Notes: a model not told the origin generated them from the letters alone. Positions 25,576 to 35,705 are shown, numbered from the stretch's first letter. The stretch is DNA of 60,155 nucleotides from Patescibacteria group bacterium (GCA_015491245.1 WFWH01000027.1:1-60155); one strand, 5' to 3'. Program-made: numbers and translations.

Positions 25576-27373
25576 GTTTCTTGCCACTCTGGTTGTGCGG
25601 CGATGGGGAAGGCAGGCAGTGCCGGGGCCGGTTCGCGGTGCGCACCGCGGCGCATCGCTCATAGAGCTACTCATTGCCATTGCGGGCTTGCTGCTGGTAT
25701 TTGCGAGTGTCGTGCTGTTGGTGAATTTTGCCTCTGAGGTACTCGCAAATAATAAGGCGCGCGCCGGCGCGCTCGCGCTTGCCAATGAGCGGATGGAGTA
25801 CCTTCGCTCGCTCTCGTATGACGCTATCGGCACGCAAGGGGGCATTCCCGCCGGTTCCGTCGCGCAGCGCGAGGTGGTGGTGCTCAACGGTATCGCCTAT
25901 ACGCGCCGCACGTTGGTACTCTACGTGGATGATCCTGCGGACGGATTGGGTTCTGCGGATAGCACGGGCATTACCGCCGACTACAAGCGCGCCAGGGTGG
26001 AAGTATCGTGGCAGGTGCGTGGCGCTTCCAGTTCGGTCGCGCTGGTTTCCAATTTTTCTCCGAAGGGTATAGAAAGTTTGTCGGGCGGAGGCACGTTGCG
26101 CCTTACCGCGATTGATGCGCTGGGGCAAGCGATTGCGGGGGCCTCGGTGCGCGTGGTCAATAATGCCACCAATCCCGCCATTGATGCGACGTACTATACC
26201 GACACGGGCGGCGAGGTCATCGTCCCCGGCGCGCCTGCCGCCAGTGAGTATGAAATTTATGTGAGCAAGAGCGGCTACAGCACTGCGCAGACCTACAGTG
26301 CCTCCAGCACCAATCCCAATCCCAGCCCCGCGCACCTCACCGTGGTAGAGGGCAACACCACGCAAGCGACGTTTGCCATTGACCGCGTGGCGCAGAAAAC
26401 CATTGTCACCCGTGCGCCGGTCACGCAGGGTACTTTTACCGATGGATTTGACGATGAGAGCCAGTTAGCGTCACTCGCCTCCACGGTGGTTGCTACGGGT
26501 ACGCTCATGCTCATGGCGTCCACCTCGGGGGAGTTTGTGCCTGCCGGGACCGGCACCTCGGTGACTATTGCGCCGTCGGGCTTGGTGCAGTGGAAACAGC
26601 TCTCGTGGAACGCCGCGGTGCCCGCCTCCACCACCCTGCGCGTGGGTGTCTTGTACGATTCCGGCGGCAGTGTCTTTGTGCGGGTTCCGGATACGGTACT
26701 GCCGGGAAATTCTCTCGGTTTTTCTGCGAGCCCGGTAGACCTCACCACCCTCTCACCTACCACTTACCCTGCGCTGCGCCTTGAGGCGGTACTCGCAACA
26801 CAGGACACCGCCACCAGCGCTGTGCTCACGGATTGGACGCTCACCTACGATGCGGGTTTCACCCCTATTGGCAATGTTACGTTTCACATGCGCGGCGCCA
26901 AGATCATAGGCGACAACGGCGGAGTGCCGGTCTATAAATTTACCGCCACTGGAACCACCGACAGCGCGGGCACCTACACCTTTAGCAATTTAGAGTGGGA
27001 CACCTACACGCTCTCCGTCCCCGAGTCGTCCGGATATGATGTCACAGAGTATTGCCCGCCCCAGCCGCGGGGTATTGCGCCCGATTCTATGGTAACGACC
27101 GCCATCTCTCTGGCTCCCAATACCCCCCACTCGCTGCGGGTGGTGGTGCGCGACAGCTCCAATGCGGTACTGGAGGGGGCCTCGGTGCGGGTCATGCGCC
27201 CCGGCTATGACGTGACGCGCACCACCACCTCGTGCGGGCAGGCGTACTTTGGCGGTCTAGCTGAAGAATCGGATTACACCATAGTGGTATCACACCCCTC
27301 ATTTCCGCCCCAAACACTCGCGGAACAGGCGGTGGCAGGTGATACGGTGATTGAGGTGACCCTTGCGCCCTAG
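25565..27373 (+). CDS. Large prepilin-type protein (602 aa) with beta-sandwich repeats
   Basis: Prepilin processing motif G/ASLIELLIAIAGLLLVFASVV. Segments LRLTAIDALGQAIAGASVRVVN...YYTDTGGEVIV and later VVVRDSSNAVLEGASVRVMRPG resemble carboxypeptidase-regulatory-like domains. Confidence 0.7.
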   Translation: MPFKFLATLVVRRWGRQAVPGPVRGAHRGASLIELLIAIAGLLLVFASVVLLVNFASEVLANNKARAGALALANERMEYLRSLSYDAIGTQGGIPAGSVAQREVVVLNGIAYTRRTLVLYVDDPADGLGSADSTGITADYKRARVEVSWQVRGASSSVALVSNFSPKGIESLSGGGTLRLTAIDALGQAIAGASVRVVNNATNPAIDATYYTDTGGEVIVPGAPAASEYEIYVSKSGYSTAQTYSASSTNPNPSPAHLTVVEGNTTQATFAIDRVAQKTIVTRAPVTQGTFTDGFDDESQLASLASTVVATGTLMLMASTSGEFVPAGTGTSVTIAPSGLVQWKQLSWNAAVPASTTLRVGVLYDSGGSVFVRVPDTVLPGNSLGFSASPVDLTTLSPTTYPALRLEAVLATQDTATSAVLTDWTLTYDAGFTPIGNVTFHMRGAKIIGDNGGVPVYKFTATGTTDSAGTYTFSNLEWDTYTLSVPESSGYDVTEYCPPQPRGIAPDSMVTTAISLAPNTPHSLRVVVRDSSNAVLEGASVRVMRPGYDVTRTTTSCGQAYFGGLAEESDYTIVVSHPSFPPQTLAEQAVAGDTVIEVTLAP

Positions 27374-28045
27374 ATGCACTCGTTATTGCTGCCTATGCGA
27401 CATCACTCAGTGCCACATGGGCCGCAGCGCCGCACAGAGGTGTCCCGGTTGCGCGCGAGGGGGTACACCTTGGTGGAAATGCTCATGGTGCTCGCCGTGT
27501 TTTCACTGATTTCTGCGGCGGTATTTGCCGCCATCGTGTGGGTATATCGCACCCACGCGTACTTTATTGAACAAGCGTATGCGATACTGGATGCGCGCCG
27601 GAGTGCGGAGGAGATGGCACGTGAGCTGCGCGAAGCGAACTATGGGTCAGATGGCGCATACCCGTTGGAATCTATTGCCGCCAATGCGCTGGTGTTTTAC
27701 GCGGATGTGACGGGCGACAGCAGAATGGAGCGTGTACGGTACTATCTGCAGGGGGAGGATCTCATGCGCGGTGTGACCGAGGCCACCGGCACTCCGCTCG
27801 CCTACAATCCCTCTGCCGACGAGCAGGTGGCCACGTCGGCAGCGCACGTGCGCAACGGTGCGCTCGGTATTCCCATTTTTACCTACTATAATGCTACCGG
27901 GACGCAAATTACCGACATGAATGAGGTACTGGCAGTGCGCTTTGTGGATGTGAACGTTATCATTAACATTAACCCATCGCGTTTGCCGACTGATTATGCG
28001 GTCCGCACGAGCGCATCCCTGCGCAACCTTAAAGACAACCTCTGA
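27374..28045 (+). CDS. Prepilin-type minor pilin / pseudopilin
   Basis: ARG/YTLVEMLMVLAVFSLISAAVF is an N-terminal cleavage/methylation motif with the conserved Glu5. Confidence 0.7.
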   Translation: MHSLLLPMRHHSVPHGPQRRTEVSRLRARGYTLVEMLMVLAVFSLISAAVFAAIVWVYRTHAYFIEQAYAILDARRSAEEMARELREANYGSDGAYPLESIAANALVFYADVTGDSRMERVRYYLQGEDLMRGVTEATGTPLAYNPSADEQVATSAAHVRNGALGIPIFTYYNATGTQITDMNEVLAVRFVDVNVIININPSRLPTDYAVRTSASLRNLKDNL

Positions 28046-28051
28046 TAATCC

Positions 28052-29518
28052 ATGTACGCCCCCCGCACTCATACTCCCGCCTCTCACCGTCCGCATGCCG
28101 CACGTGGCAGCATGCTGGCGCTCGTGCTGGTGTTCAGTTTTGTATTCGTCATTCTCCTCACCGGCGCCACCACCTTTATCGTGCAGCAGAGGAGCCTCCA
28201 GCTCAATCGTGTGGAAAACGCGCGTGCGCTGCAGATTGCCGAGGCGGGACTGGAGTACTACAAATGGTTCTTGGCGCACTACCCCAATGATGTGCAAAAC
28301 GGCACCGGTGCGCCCGGTCCCTACGTCATGGATTACAAGGATCCGGAAGGCGGAATCATCGGGAAGTACTCGCTGGACATAAGCGGGGTGAGCCAATGCG
28401 GGCAAATTGAGTACGTGGATATCACCTCTACCGGATGGACGCTCGCCGAGCCGGGCGTTACCCGCACTGTGTACGGGCGCTACAGCCGCCCCACCGTGGC
28501 GGATTACTCCTACATTATTAATAGCAATGTGTGGGCGGGACCCGACCGGAAAATTTACGGTCCCTACCACTCCAATGGCGGCATTCGCATGGACGGCACC
28601 AACTATGCCGAGGTAACCAGCGCGCAAACCTCGTGGCTGTGCACCCCTTCCTTCGCCTGCAATCCCTCGCAAAACGTAGATGGCGTATTCGGATCGGGGC
28701 CCAACAGCTCCCTGTGGAAGTTCCCTTCCAGCAATATTGATTTTGAGGGCATCACGCTTGACCTGGTGCAGATAAAATCTTTGGCGCAATCCAGCGGCCT
28801 CTATTTTCCGCAGATCAGCGGCGCCTCTCCCCGCAGAGGCTACCATCTCGTGTTTCAGGCAGATGGCACCGTGGACGTGTACCGAGTAACGAAGAGCCGT
28901 CGCATCTGGAGTTATGACGGTGAAGATGGCTGGGCGCGCCGCTATGAGATTATTACCCGTGAGAATTTTCTCGGCTCCTACACCGTTCCCGCCACGTGCT
29001 CAGTTATCTTTGTAGAGGACAAGGTGTGGGTTGAGGGAGTGGTGGAGGGGAAGATAACAGTGGCATCGGCGGATGTTATCAATCCCGTATACACCACCGA
29101 TGTTATCCTTAACGGATCTCTTACCTATGCGCACAGTGATGGGACTGATGGACTCGTCCTGTTGGCGCAAAATAATATACGCATCCCTCTGCTCTCTCCC
29201 GACAATATGAAGCTCAACGGTATCTTTATCGCGCAGCAGGGAGATTTCGGCAGAAATTACTACACTAAAACCGGGCAACGCGATGTGCCGAGAGTGTATG
29301 ATTCCTACGTATTCCGCAATTCACTGGATATCGTGGGGACCATTGTTTCCAATGGGCGGGTGGGCACTAAGTGGTACTGTGGAGATACGGAGAAGTACTG
29401 CTCAGGATACGCGAACCGCACCAATACGTATGACGCGGCACTCGCGGACGCTCCGCCGCCGTTTACCCCGACCGTGAGCCCCGATTATCGCTTTGTCATG
29501 TGGAGCGAGGAGAATTAA
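28052..29518 (+). CDS. PilX-like pilus assembly protein (488 aa)
   Basis: RGSMLALVLVFSFVFVILLTGATTFIV followed by ALQIAEAGLEYYKW resembles PilX N-terminal regions. Location within the pilus cluster supports the call. Confidence 0.55.
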   Translation: MYAPRTHTPASHRPHAARGSMLALVLVFSFVFVILLTGATTFIVQQRSLQLNRVENARALQIAEAGLEYYKWFLAHYPNDVQNGTGAPGPYVMDYKDPEGGIIGKYSLDISGVSQCGQIEYVDITSTGWTLAEPGVTRTVYGRYSRPTVADYSYIINSNVWAGPDRKIYGPYHSNGGIRMDGTNYAEVTSAQTSWLCTPSFACNPSQNVDGVFGSGPNSSLWKFPSSNIDFEGITLDLVQIKSLAQSSGLYFPQISGASPRRGYHLVFQADGTVDVYRVTKSRRIWSYDGEDGWARRYEIITRENFLGSYTVPATCSVIFVEDKVWVEGVVEGKITVASADVINPVYTTDVILNGSLTYAHSDGTDGLVLLAQNNIRIPLLSPDNMKLNGIFIAQQGDFGRNYYTKTGQRDVPRVYDSYVFRNSLDIVGTIVSNGRVGTKWYCGDTEKYCSGYANRTNTYDAALADAPPPFTPTVSPDYRFVMWSEEN

Positions 29519-29546
29519 TACCACGTGCCATGGTATCATACCCCGC

Positions 29547-30326
29547 ATGAATGCCGCCAAACACCTCATTGTGGGGAATTGGAAGATGCACCCTTCCTCG
29601 CTTGCTGAAGCTAAAAAGATATTTCGCGCACTCCTGCGCGGCATGGGAACCTACCGCCACGCAACGCTTGCGGTGTGCCCGCCGGCGGCATACCTCGCCG
29701 CATTGCGCGCCCTGTATCGGGGGCGGCGGCTGATATTCGGGGCGCAGAACTGCCATTTTCTCAGAGAGGGTGCCTATACGGGAGAAATTGCGCCGCCCAT
29801 GCTCGCTTCCCTGGGCGTGCGTATGGTTATTGTGGGACACTCGGAGCGGCGCGCCATGGGGGAGGACAACGCCGTAGTGCGTAAAAAGTTGCGCGCGGTG
29901 TTGGATGAGGGCATGGAGGCGGTCCTTTGCATTGGCGAGGCGCACCGCGACAGCGCGGGCGCGTACCTCGCATTCCTCACAGAGCAGTTGCAGAGCGCGC
30001 TTACCGGCCTTACCGCCGAAGAACTGTCGCGGGTATGTGTGGCATACGAGCCGCTCTGGGCGATTGGCAAAAGTGCCGCGGAGTCGGCGGTGCGCCCCGC
30101 GCACGTCCACGAGATGGTGATTTTTGTGCGCAAGTTTGTGCATCAGCGGTACGGGGGAGAAGCGGCGGCGCGCGTGCGGGTACTCTATGGGGGTTCCGTG
30201 GAGCCGGCGAATGCGGCGGCGCTCTTGTTGGAGGGGCGCGCCTCAGGGCTCTTGGTGGGGCACGCCAGCATAGTGCCGAAGGATTTCTTGGCGATTGCCG
30301 CACTCGCTGACCGGCCCGCGCTATGA
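29547..30326 (+). CDS. tpiA: Triosephosphate isomerase
   Basis: LIVGNWKMH, VIVGHSERR, AYEPLWAIG, YGGSV. Start trimmed to ATG 29547. Confidence 0.93.
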   Translation: MNAAKHLIVGNWKMHPSSLAEAKKIFRALLRGMGTYRHATLAVCPPAAYLAALRALYRGRRLIFGAQNCHFLREGAYTGEIAPPMLASLGVRMVIVGHSERRAMGEDNAVVRKKLRAVLDEGMEAVLCIGEAHRDSAGAYLAFLTEQLQSALTGLTAEELSRVCVAYEPLWAIGKSAAESAVRPAHVHEMVIFVRKFVHQRYGGEAAARVRVLYGGSVEPANAAALLLEGRASGLLVGHASIVPKDFLAIAALADRPAL

Positions 30327-31486
30327 CCGCCCTGCGTACACTGGACCAATTGCCGCTCACGCCCGGTACGCGCGTGTTGGTGCGTGCGGGGCTTAACGTG
30401 CCGGTGCGCGAGGGCTCCGTTACCAATGAGTTCCGCCTGCGCGCGCTGCTGCCCACCTTAACGCACCTGCGCGCGCGCGGCGCGGTAGTTCTCCTCATCG
30501 GGCACATCGGCCGCGATCCGCGGGCGACATTGGCGCCAGTCTTCCGCATCCTCGCGCGCCATGTGCCGCTCTCTTTTGCGGGGGACATTCTCTCCGCACG
30601 CGCGGCCGCACGTATCAGCGCGGCCCCTGCCGGTGCAGTGCTGTTGTTTGAGAATATTCGGAAGTTTGCAGAAGAAAAGCGCAATGACGAAACATTCGCC
30701 CGTGCGCTTGCTGCGCGTGCCTCGTATTTCGTCAATGATGCATTCTCTGCCTCGCACCGCGCCCACGCGTCTATCGTGGGAGTGCCCCGTTTCTTGCCTT
30801 CCGCCGTCGGTGTGCAATTTGCCAAAGAGGTGGCGCACCTTTCCCGCGCGCGCACGCCTGAGTCTCCCGCGCTTTTCATATTGGGCGGCGCGAAATTTGC
30901 CACCAAGGTACCCCTTTTGCGTGAGATGCTCTCGGTATATGACCGCATATTTATTGGCGGCGCACTTGCGAATGATTTCTTTAGAGCAAAGGGGTGGGAA
31001 GTGGGGCGGTCGTTGGTTTCGGAAGAAACGGAGGGCGTGGCATCACTGCTGGCGCATGAAAAAATCCTTTTGCCGGAGGACGTGGTGGTGGTAAATCCGG
31101 AGGGGGTGCGTGCACTGCGCCTCGCGCATGCGGTGTTGCCCGAGGAGCGCATCGTGGATATAGGGCCGCGGAGTGTGCGCGCGCTCGCGCGCGCCGTGCG
31201 CGCGAGCGCCTTTGTGCTGTGGAACGGCCCGCTGGGATGGTTTGAGGGCGGGTTCGGCGGCAGCACGGAAGCGGTTGCAGAGGAAGTTGCGGCGCATCGG
31301 GCGGTGTCTATTGTGGGCGGGGGGGATACGATTGCGGCTATTGCCCGCAAGGGCATTGAAGACTGCTTCACCTTTCTCTCTACGGGCGGTGGTGCTATGC
31401 TGGATTACCTGGCAGAGGGCACCCTGCCGGGGATTCAAGCACTGGAGCAAAGTCCGGCACCTTCTCCGGACGGCTGCGCTGCATAA
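30323..31486 (+). CDS. pgk: Phosphoglycerate kinase
   Basis: VLVRAGLNVP, LIGHIGRDP, FVNDAFSASHRAHAS, ILGGAKFATK, WNGPLGWFE, VGGGDT. The start overlaps the tpiA stop. Confidence 0.93.
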   Translation: MTALRTLDQLPLTPGTRVLVRAGLNVPVREGSVTNEFRLRALLPTLTHLRARGAVVLLIGHIGRDPRATLAPVFRILARHVPLSFAGDILSARAAARISAAPAGAVLLFENIRKFAEEKRNDETFARALAARASYFVNDAFSASHRAHASIVGVPRFLPSAVGVQFAKEVAHLSRARTPESPALFILGGAKFATKVPLLREMLSVYDRIFIGGALANDFFRAKGWEVGRSLVSEETEGVASLLAHEKILLPEDVVVVNPEGVRALRLAHAVLPEERIVDIGPRSVRALARAVRASAFVLWNGPLGWFEGGFGGSTEAVAEEVAAHRAVSIVGGGDTIAAIARKGIEDCFTFLSTGGGAMLDYLAEGTLPGIQALEQSPAPSPDGCAA

Positions 31487-31488
31487 CC

Positions 31489-32028
31489 ATGAATCACGCA
31501 CGCCCTGATGAGCTTCACCCGCCCGCGCACCCCACGGTGGCGCGCATTGAGGCATTGTTGCGCGCGCAGGGTATTGCCTATGAAAAGTTTGTCCATGCGC
31601 CGGTGCGCACGAGCGAGGAGGCGGCGCGCGTGCGGCCGGGTTTCTCTCTTGCCGAGGGCGCCAAGGCGCTCCTGGTGCGTGCGGTGCGCCGCAAGGGAGA
31701 GGAGGGGGCGGTAGCACAATTAGTGGTGCCGGGAGATGCGCGCTTTGCGCCGCGGCTTGCGCGGCACGCCCTTGGGGCAAAGCGCATTTCTTTTATAGAG
31801 GAGGAAGAGGTGCGCGCGCTCACGGGCGGTGTAGCGCCGGGCGGGGTGCCGCCGTTCGGCATTCTTTGGAATATTCCCGTATATTGCGACCGCAGCCTCT
31901 TGCTGCGCCGCCGTATCATCTTTAATGCCGGAGACCGGCGCGTGTCGCTCGCACTTGCGCCGCAAGAGTATGTGGCGGTGGTACGGCCACACATTTGTGA
32001 CCTCGTAGCGCAGAGCCAAGAATCATAA
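31489..32028 (+). CDS. YbaK/ProX-type aminoacyl-tRNA editing domain protein
   Basis: Size and the motifs KALLV..., LTGGVAPGGVPPFG, IFNAGDRRVSL are typical of YbaK/EbsC deacylases. Confidence 0.7.
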   Translation: MNHARPDELHPPAHPTVARIEALLRAQGIAYEKFVHAPVRTSEEAARVRPGFSLAEGAKALLVRAVRRKGEEGAVAQLVVPGDARFAPRLARHALGAKRISFIEEEEVRALTGGVAPGGVPPFGILWNIPVYCDRSLLLRRRIIFNAGDRRVSLALAPQEYVAVVRPHICDLVAQSQES

Positions 32029-32090
32029 GGCACCCGCGCGGTGCAACAACAATAGGTGCGCTTTCGTATCGCTCACCTTTTTCTTTTTGT

Positions 32091-32501
32091 TTAAGAGAGG
32101 TGGCTGCGTATTTTTTCTGCGACGTTCTCCAGCACCTCGTCAGCGACTTCCGCGCCGTGGCGTATGGTGAGCGGCTGCCCCTCGGGTACGGGATAGAGGC
32201 GTATGTGGACGTGCGGCACCTCAAACCCTTCCACCACCGCGCACGTGCGCCGCGGCTTGAGGGCACGGTCCATGGCGCGCGCCGTTTTTTTGGCCGCCAG
32301 CCAAAGGTGCGCATAGAGGTCGTCGGGCAGATCAAAGAGGTAGTCTATCTGCGCTTTGGTAATAACCAGCGTTTGCCCGTACACGCTGGGAAACTTGTCC
32401 ATCAGAACGAATATCTTCTCGTCTTCCCACACCTTTACGCCGGGAATTTCGCCCTTGAGAATCTTGGTGAATATAGAGTCTTGTGAACTTTGTGATGCCA
32501 T
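32091..32501 (-). CDS. HIT-family (histidine triad) hydrolase
   Basis: IFTKILKGEIPGVKVWEDEKIFVLMD N-terminus and a C-terminal triad region VPHVHIRLYP (the last His of HxHxH is replaced by Arg). Confidence 0.8.
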   Translation of the reverse strand: MASQSSQDSIFTKILKGEIPGVKVWEDEKIFVLMDKFPSVYGQTLVITKAQIDYLFDLPDDLYAHLWLAAKKTARAMDRALKPRRTCAVVEGFEVPHVHIRLYPVPEGQPLTIRHGAEVADEVLENVAEKIRSHLS

Positions 32502-32524
32502 ATGCCCGCGATGAGGTCTGTGTT

Positions 32525-32533
32525 TGCTATACT
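32525..32533 (+). promoter_or_regulatory. Extended -10 promoter (TGcTATACT) upstream of the PBP gene
   Basis: tTGCTATACT at 32524-32533, identical to the word upstream of pilB. It argues for the ATG at 32561 as the start rather than 32537 or 32483. Confidence 0.35.
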
Positions 32534-32560
32534 GTAATGAACCTTTTGCAAAAACACAAC

Positions 32561-33973
32561 ATGCGCGACGCCTCTTTTGACACGCCGGCGTTTTTTTTCG
32601 CCCTCAAGTTCTTCGCGCTGGTTGCGCTGCTGGGTGCCGCGGCACGTTTCGGGGCGGACGCTTTTGCGGTACCCTGGCTTTCTTCCGACGCGGCGGCGGA
32701 AGCGCGGATGACGGCGAGCCCCTACATGGCGCTGGAAGGGGTGCGCGGCATTGGTCCACAGGTACTGCTGCCGCCGGCGCAGCGCGCCGAGGCATTTATG
32801 GATGCGCGCGTTCCCCTCTCCGGGAGGTTCATTGGCGTGAATTTGGCGGAGGGGTGGGTGCGCCTCTATGAGGACGGCACAGAGAGGGAAGAATACCCTA
32901 TCCTCAAACGCGCGCAGGCCGGCACGCACTGGAACCTCCCTACCGGCATGACCGCGGTGGCGCAAAAATACACCGTGCAGCGTTCCCGTGTTGCCGGGGT
33001 GGCATTTCCCTATGCCGTGGAGGCTGCAAATGGCTTTTTGCTGCATGGCTGGCCCATTGATACGGGCACCCAACAGCCGGTGCCCGAGGCGTATGAGGGA
33101 GGCGGAGTGCGCCTCGCCTCTCCTGCGGCACAGCGAATATTTCGCTTTGCCCGAGAGGGGGTGCCACTCTATATATATAACCCCGCCGCGCGCGCACGGC
33201 GCGCGGGCGCGCCTCCTGCGGCGCTGCGCTTATATAGCACCGCGCTTCCTCAGCTCAGCGCAAAAAGTTTTGCGGTCGCCGATGTGGCGCGCGGGGAGAT
33301 TATCGCCGCGCGCGGCTTGAAAGAGCCGCGCCCCATCGCATCGCTCACCAAACTCATGACCGCGGTGGTGGCGATGGAGCGCCTCACGCCCACAGAGTGG
33401 GTGCGTGTGCCCTCTCGCCGCGCGCGCTATCGCGCCGAAGATTTGCTTGCCCCGCTCTTTTTGCGCTCCGACAACAAGGTGGCGCGCGCACTCGCCGCTG
33501 CGGCGGGTGGCACCGAGGATTTTGTGGCGGGCATGAATGCCCGCGCGCGCGCATGGGGGATGCGCCGCACCACGTTTGCAGACCCATCGGGCCTCTCTCC
33601 TGGCAATACCGCTAGTCCGCTGGATGTGCTCAAATTAGCGCAGCGCATATATGCCGCGCATGCATATTTGCTCGCCGTAAGCCGGAAGCCCCGCGCCACT
33701 ATTGTCGCCGAGAGTGGTGCGCTGTGGCGCATGGAGAACCAAAATCGGTTTGCCGGCGACCCTTTTTTCATCGGCGGCAAGTTGGGGTTCACTGACGAGG
33801 CGAAAAAAACGGGGCTTTCACTGTTTTCCGTACCGTTTGGCAACGAAACGCGCACCATTGCCATCGTTGTGCTGGGTTCCAAAGATTGGAAACGGGATAC
33901 CGATGCACTGCTGGATTGGCTGCGGCGCACGGCGCGCCCCTCCCCGGAGGGCAAGTTCGCGGGAAGCATATGA
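32561..33973 (+). CDS. Fusion of a YkuD-like (L,D-transpeptidase fold) domain and a serine D-Ala-D-Ala carboxypeptidase (S11)
   Basis: N-terminal membrane anchor. YkuD-like FLLHGWP...GGGVRLA, where the usual catalytic Cys position is Gly. S11 motifs PIASLTKLMTA (SxxK) and the later KLGFTDEA region. Start uncertain (32483, 32537 or 32561). Confidence 0.7.
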   Translation: MRDASFDTPAFFFALKFFALVALLGAAARFGADAFAVPWLSSDAAAEARMTASPYMALEGVRGIGPQVLLPPAQRAEAFMDARVPLSGRFIGVNLAEGWVRLYEDGTEREEYPILKRAQAGTHWNLPTGMTAVAQKYTVQRSRVAGVAFPYAVEAANGFLLHGWPIDTGTQQPVPEAYEGGGVRLASPAAQRIFRFAREGVPLYIYNPAARARRAGAPPAALRLYSTALPQLSAKSFAVADVARGEIIAARGLKEPRPIASLTKLMTAVVAMERLTPTEWVRVPSRRARYRAEDLLAPLFLRSDNKVARALAAAAGGTEDFVAGMNARARAWGMRRTTFADPSGLSPGNTASPLDVLKLAQRIYAAHAYLLAVSRKPRATIVAESGALWRMENQNRFAGDPFFIGGKLGFTDEAKKTGLSLFSVPFGNETRTIAIVVLGSKDWKRDTDALLDWLRRTARPSPEGKFAGSI

Positions 33974-35661
33974 GGGGCGCGCCGCGAGAAACGGTAGCGG
34001 TGCGCCCCGTGCCCGAGGAGGCAAAGCGCGCGCTGGCGCCGCACTATCCCAATCTGCTCGCCACCCTCCTTGCGCTGCGTGGCGTGGCAACGCCCGACGA
34101 TGCGGAGCGGTTTTTGGAGCCGGATTACGTACGGGATACCCACGACCCCTTTTTGCTGGCGGACATGGAAGCGGCGGTGCGCGCCATTGCCGCGGCACTC
34201 TCTCGCGGCGAGAGGATAGGTATCTTTGCCGATTATGACGCCGATGGCATTCCCGGTGCGGTGGTGCTGCATGATTTTTTCGCGCGCATCGGGTATCCCA
34301 AAGTGGAGGTGTATATTCCGCACCGCAACCGCGAGGGTTTCGGTTTGAATACCAAGGGCATTGAGGCGCTCGCCGCGCGCGGGGTGAAGCTGCTGATCAC
34401 TGTGGACTGCGGCACGGGACAAAAAGAAGAGATTGCCTATGCCCGCGCCCGCGGCATGGAAGTGGTAGTCACCGACCACCATCTGGCTTCGGAGGAACGC
34501 CTGCCATGCGCGGCGGTGGTGAACCCGAACCAAAAAAGGTGCCGCTATCCCAACAAAGCGCTCTGCGGTGCAGGGGTCGCCTACAAGCTCGTGCAGGCGC
34601 TCTTTGCGCGCGGTACGTGGGAGGTGCCGCGCGGGTGGGAGAAGTGGCTTTTGGATATGGTGGGTATTGCTACCGTTTCCGACATGGTGTCGCTGCGCGA
34701 TCCGGAAAACCGCGCTCTCGTACGCTTTGGCCTGCGGGTACTGCGCAAGACACCGCGCCCCGGCGTGGTGCACCTCTGCCGCGCCCTGCGGATTTCCCAG
34801 CGCTACCTCACCGAAGAGGACATCGCGTTTGCGCTCGCCCCGCGCATCAATGCGGCGTCGCGCATGGATGAGCCCGAACTTGCGTTTCGGCTCTTGGCCA
34901 CGCGCCGCCCTGCAGAGGCGGAGGTGCTGGTGCGTCAGCTGGATAAGCTCAACCATGCGCGCAAGGGGGTGGTTGCCGCCATGATCAAAAAAGTAAAAGC
35001 AAAAATAGCTGCGCTGCCTGCGGTGCCCCCTGTTATCGTTGCCGGCAGCCGGCAGTGGCGCCCTTCCCTTGTGGGGCTCGTGGCGAGCAGTGTTGCCGAG
35101 GCGTACCACCGCCCCGCGTTTGTGTGGGGAGAGGATGAAAACGGTGCCATTAAAGGGTCGTGCCGCGCGCCTCAGGGGCAGAGTGTGCACGCGCTTATGG
35201 CATCGTTGCCGGACGGATTTCTCACGGAGTACGGCGGGCACGCAGGTGCCGGAGGATTTTCTACTACCCCCGACAAAGTTCCCCTGTTAGAGCGGGAACT
35301 TATCACTGCATGGGGCGCGCCGGCCGCGGAGGAAGTGGCGGAGCAGTCACCGTACACCGTGGATGCCACACTGCCCGTGGAGCGGGTAACGTGGGATCTG
35401 CACCGCATGCTGGCGCGCCTTGCACCATTTGGGCAGGACAATCCTGTGCCGCTGTTTTGGTTTTCTAATGTCGCCGAAGCGACTGGCACGTGGTTTGGCA
35501 AAACCAAGGAGCATCTCAAGGTGCTGCTGCGGGGCGCGGAGGGGGGCGTGGTGCGCGGCGTGCGTTTCTTTGCGAAAGATGCGCCACTGGTGCCCCCCTA
35601 TGTGGGAGTGGTAGAGGTTTCCCGCTTTGGCGGAAGGGAGGAGCTGCGGGTGCGGCTCTAA
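33970..35661 (+). CDS. recJ: Single-stranded-DNA-specific exonuclease RecJ
   Basis: DHH motifs IGIFADYDADGI, ITVDCG, VVVTDHH. DHHA1 region GGHAGAGGF. The ATG overlaps the upstream TGA (ATGA). Confidence 0.88.
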   Translation: MRGAPRETVAVRPVPEEAKRALAPHYPNLLATLLALRGVATPDDAERFLEPDYVRDTHDPFLLADMEAAVRAIAAALSRGERIGIFADYDADGIPGAVVLHDFFARIGYPKVEVYIPHRNREGFGLNTKGIEALAARGVKLLITVDCGTGQKEEIAYARARGMEVVVTDHHLASEERLPCAAVVNPNQKRCRYPNKALCGAGVAYKLVQALFARGTWEVPRGWEKWLLDMVGIATVSDMVSLRDPENRALVRFGLRVLRKTPRPGVVHLCRALRISQRYLTEEDIAFALAPRINAASRMDEPELAFRLLATRRPAEAEVLVRQLDKLNHARKGVVAAMIKKVKAKIAALPAVPPVIVAGSRQWRPSLVGLVASSVAEAYHRPAFVWGEDENGAIKGSCRAPQGQSVHALMASLPDGFLTEYGGHAGAGGFSTTPDKVPLLERELITAWGAPAAEEVAEQSPYTVDATLPVERVTWDLHRMLARLAPFGQDNPVPLFWFSNVAEATGTWFGKTKEHLKVLLRGAEGGVVRGVRFFAKDAPLVPPYVGVVEVSRFGGREELRVRL

Positions 35662-35705
35662 CTCGCGGGGCGGCGCGCGCAGCGCTGTGCTACCATGTGT
35701 CCCGT

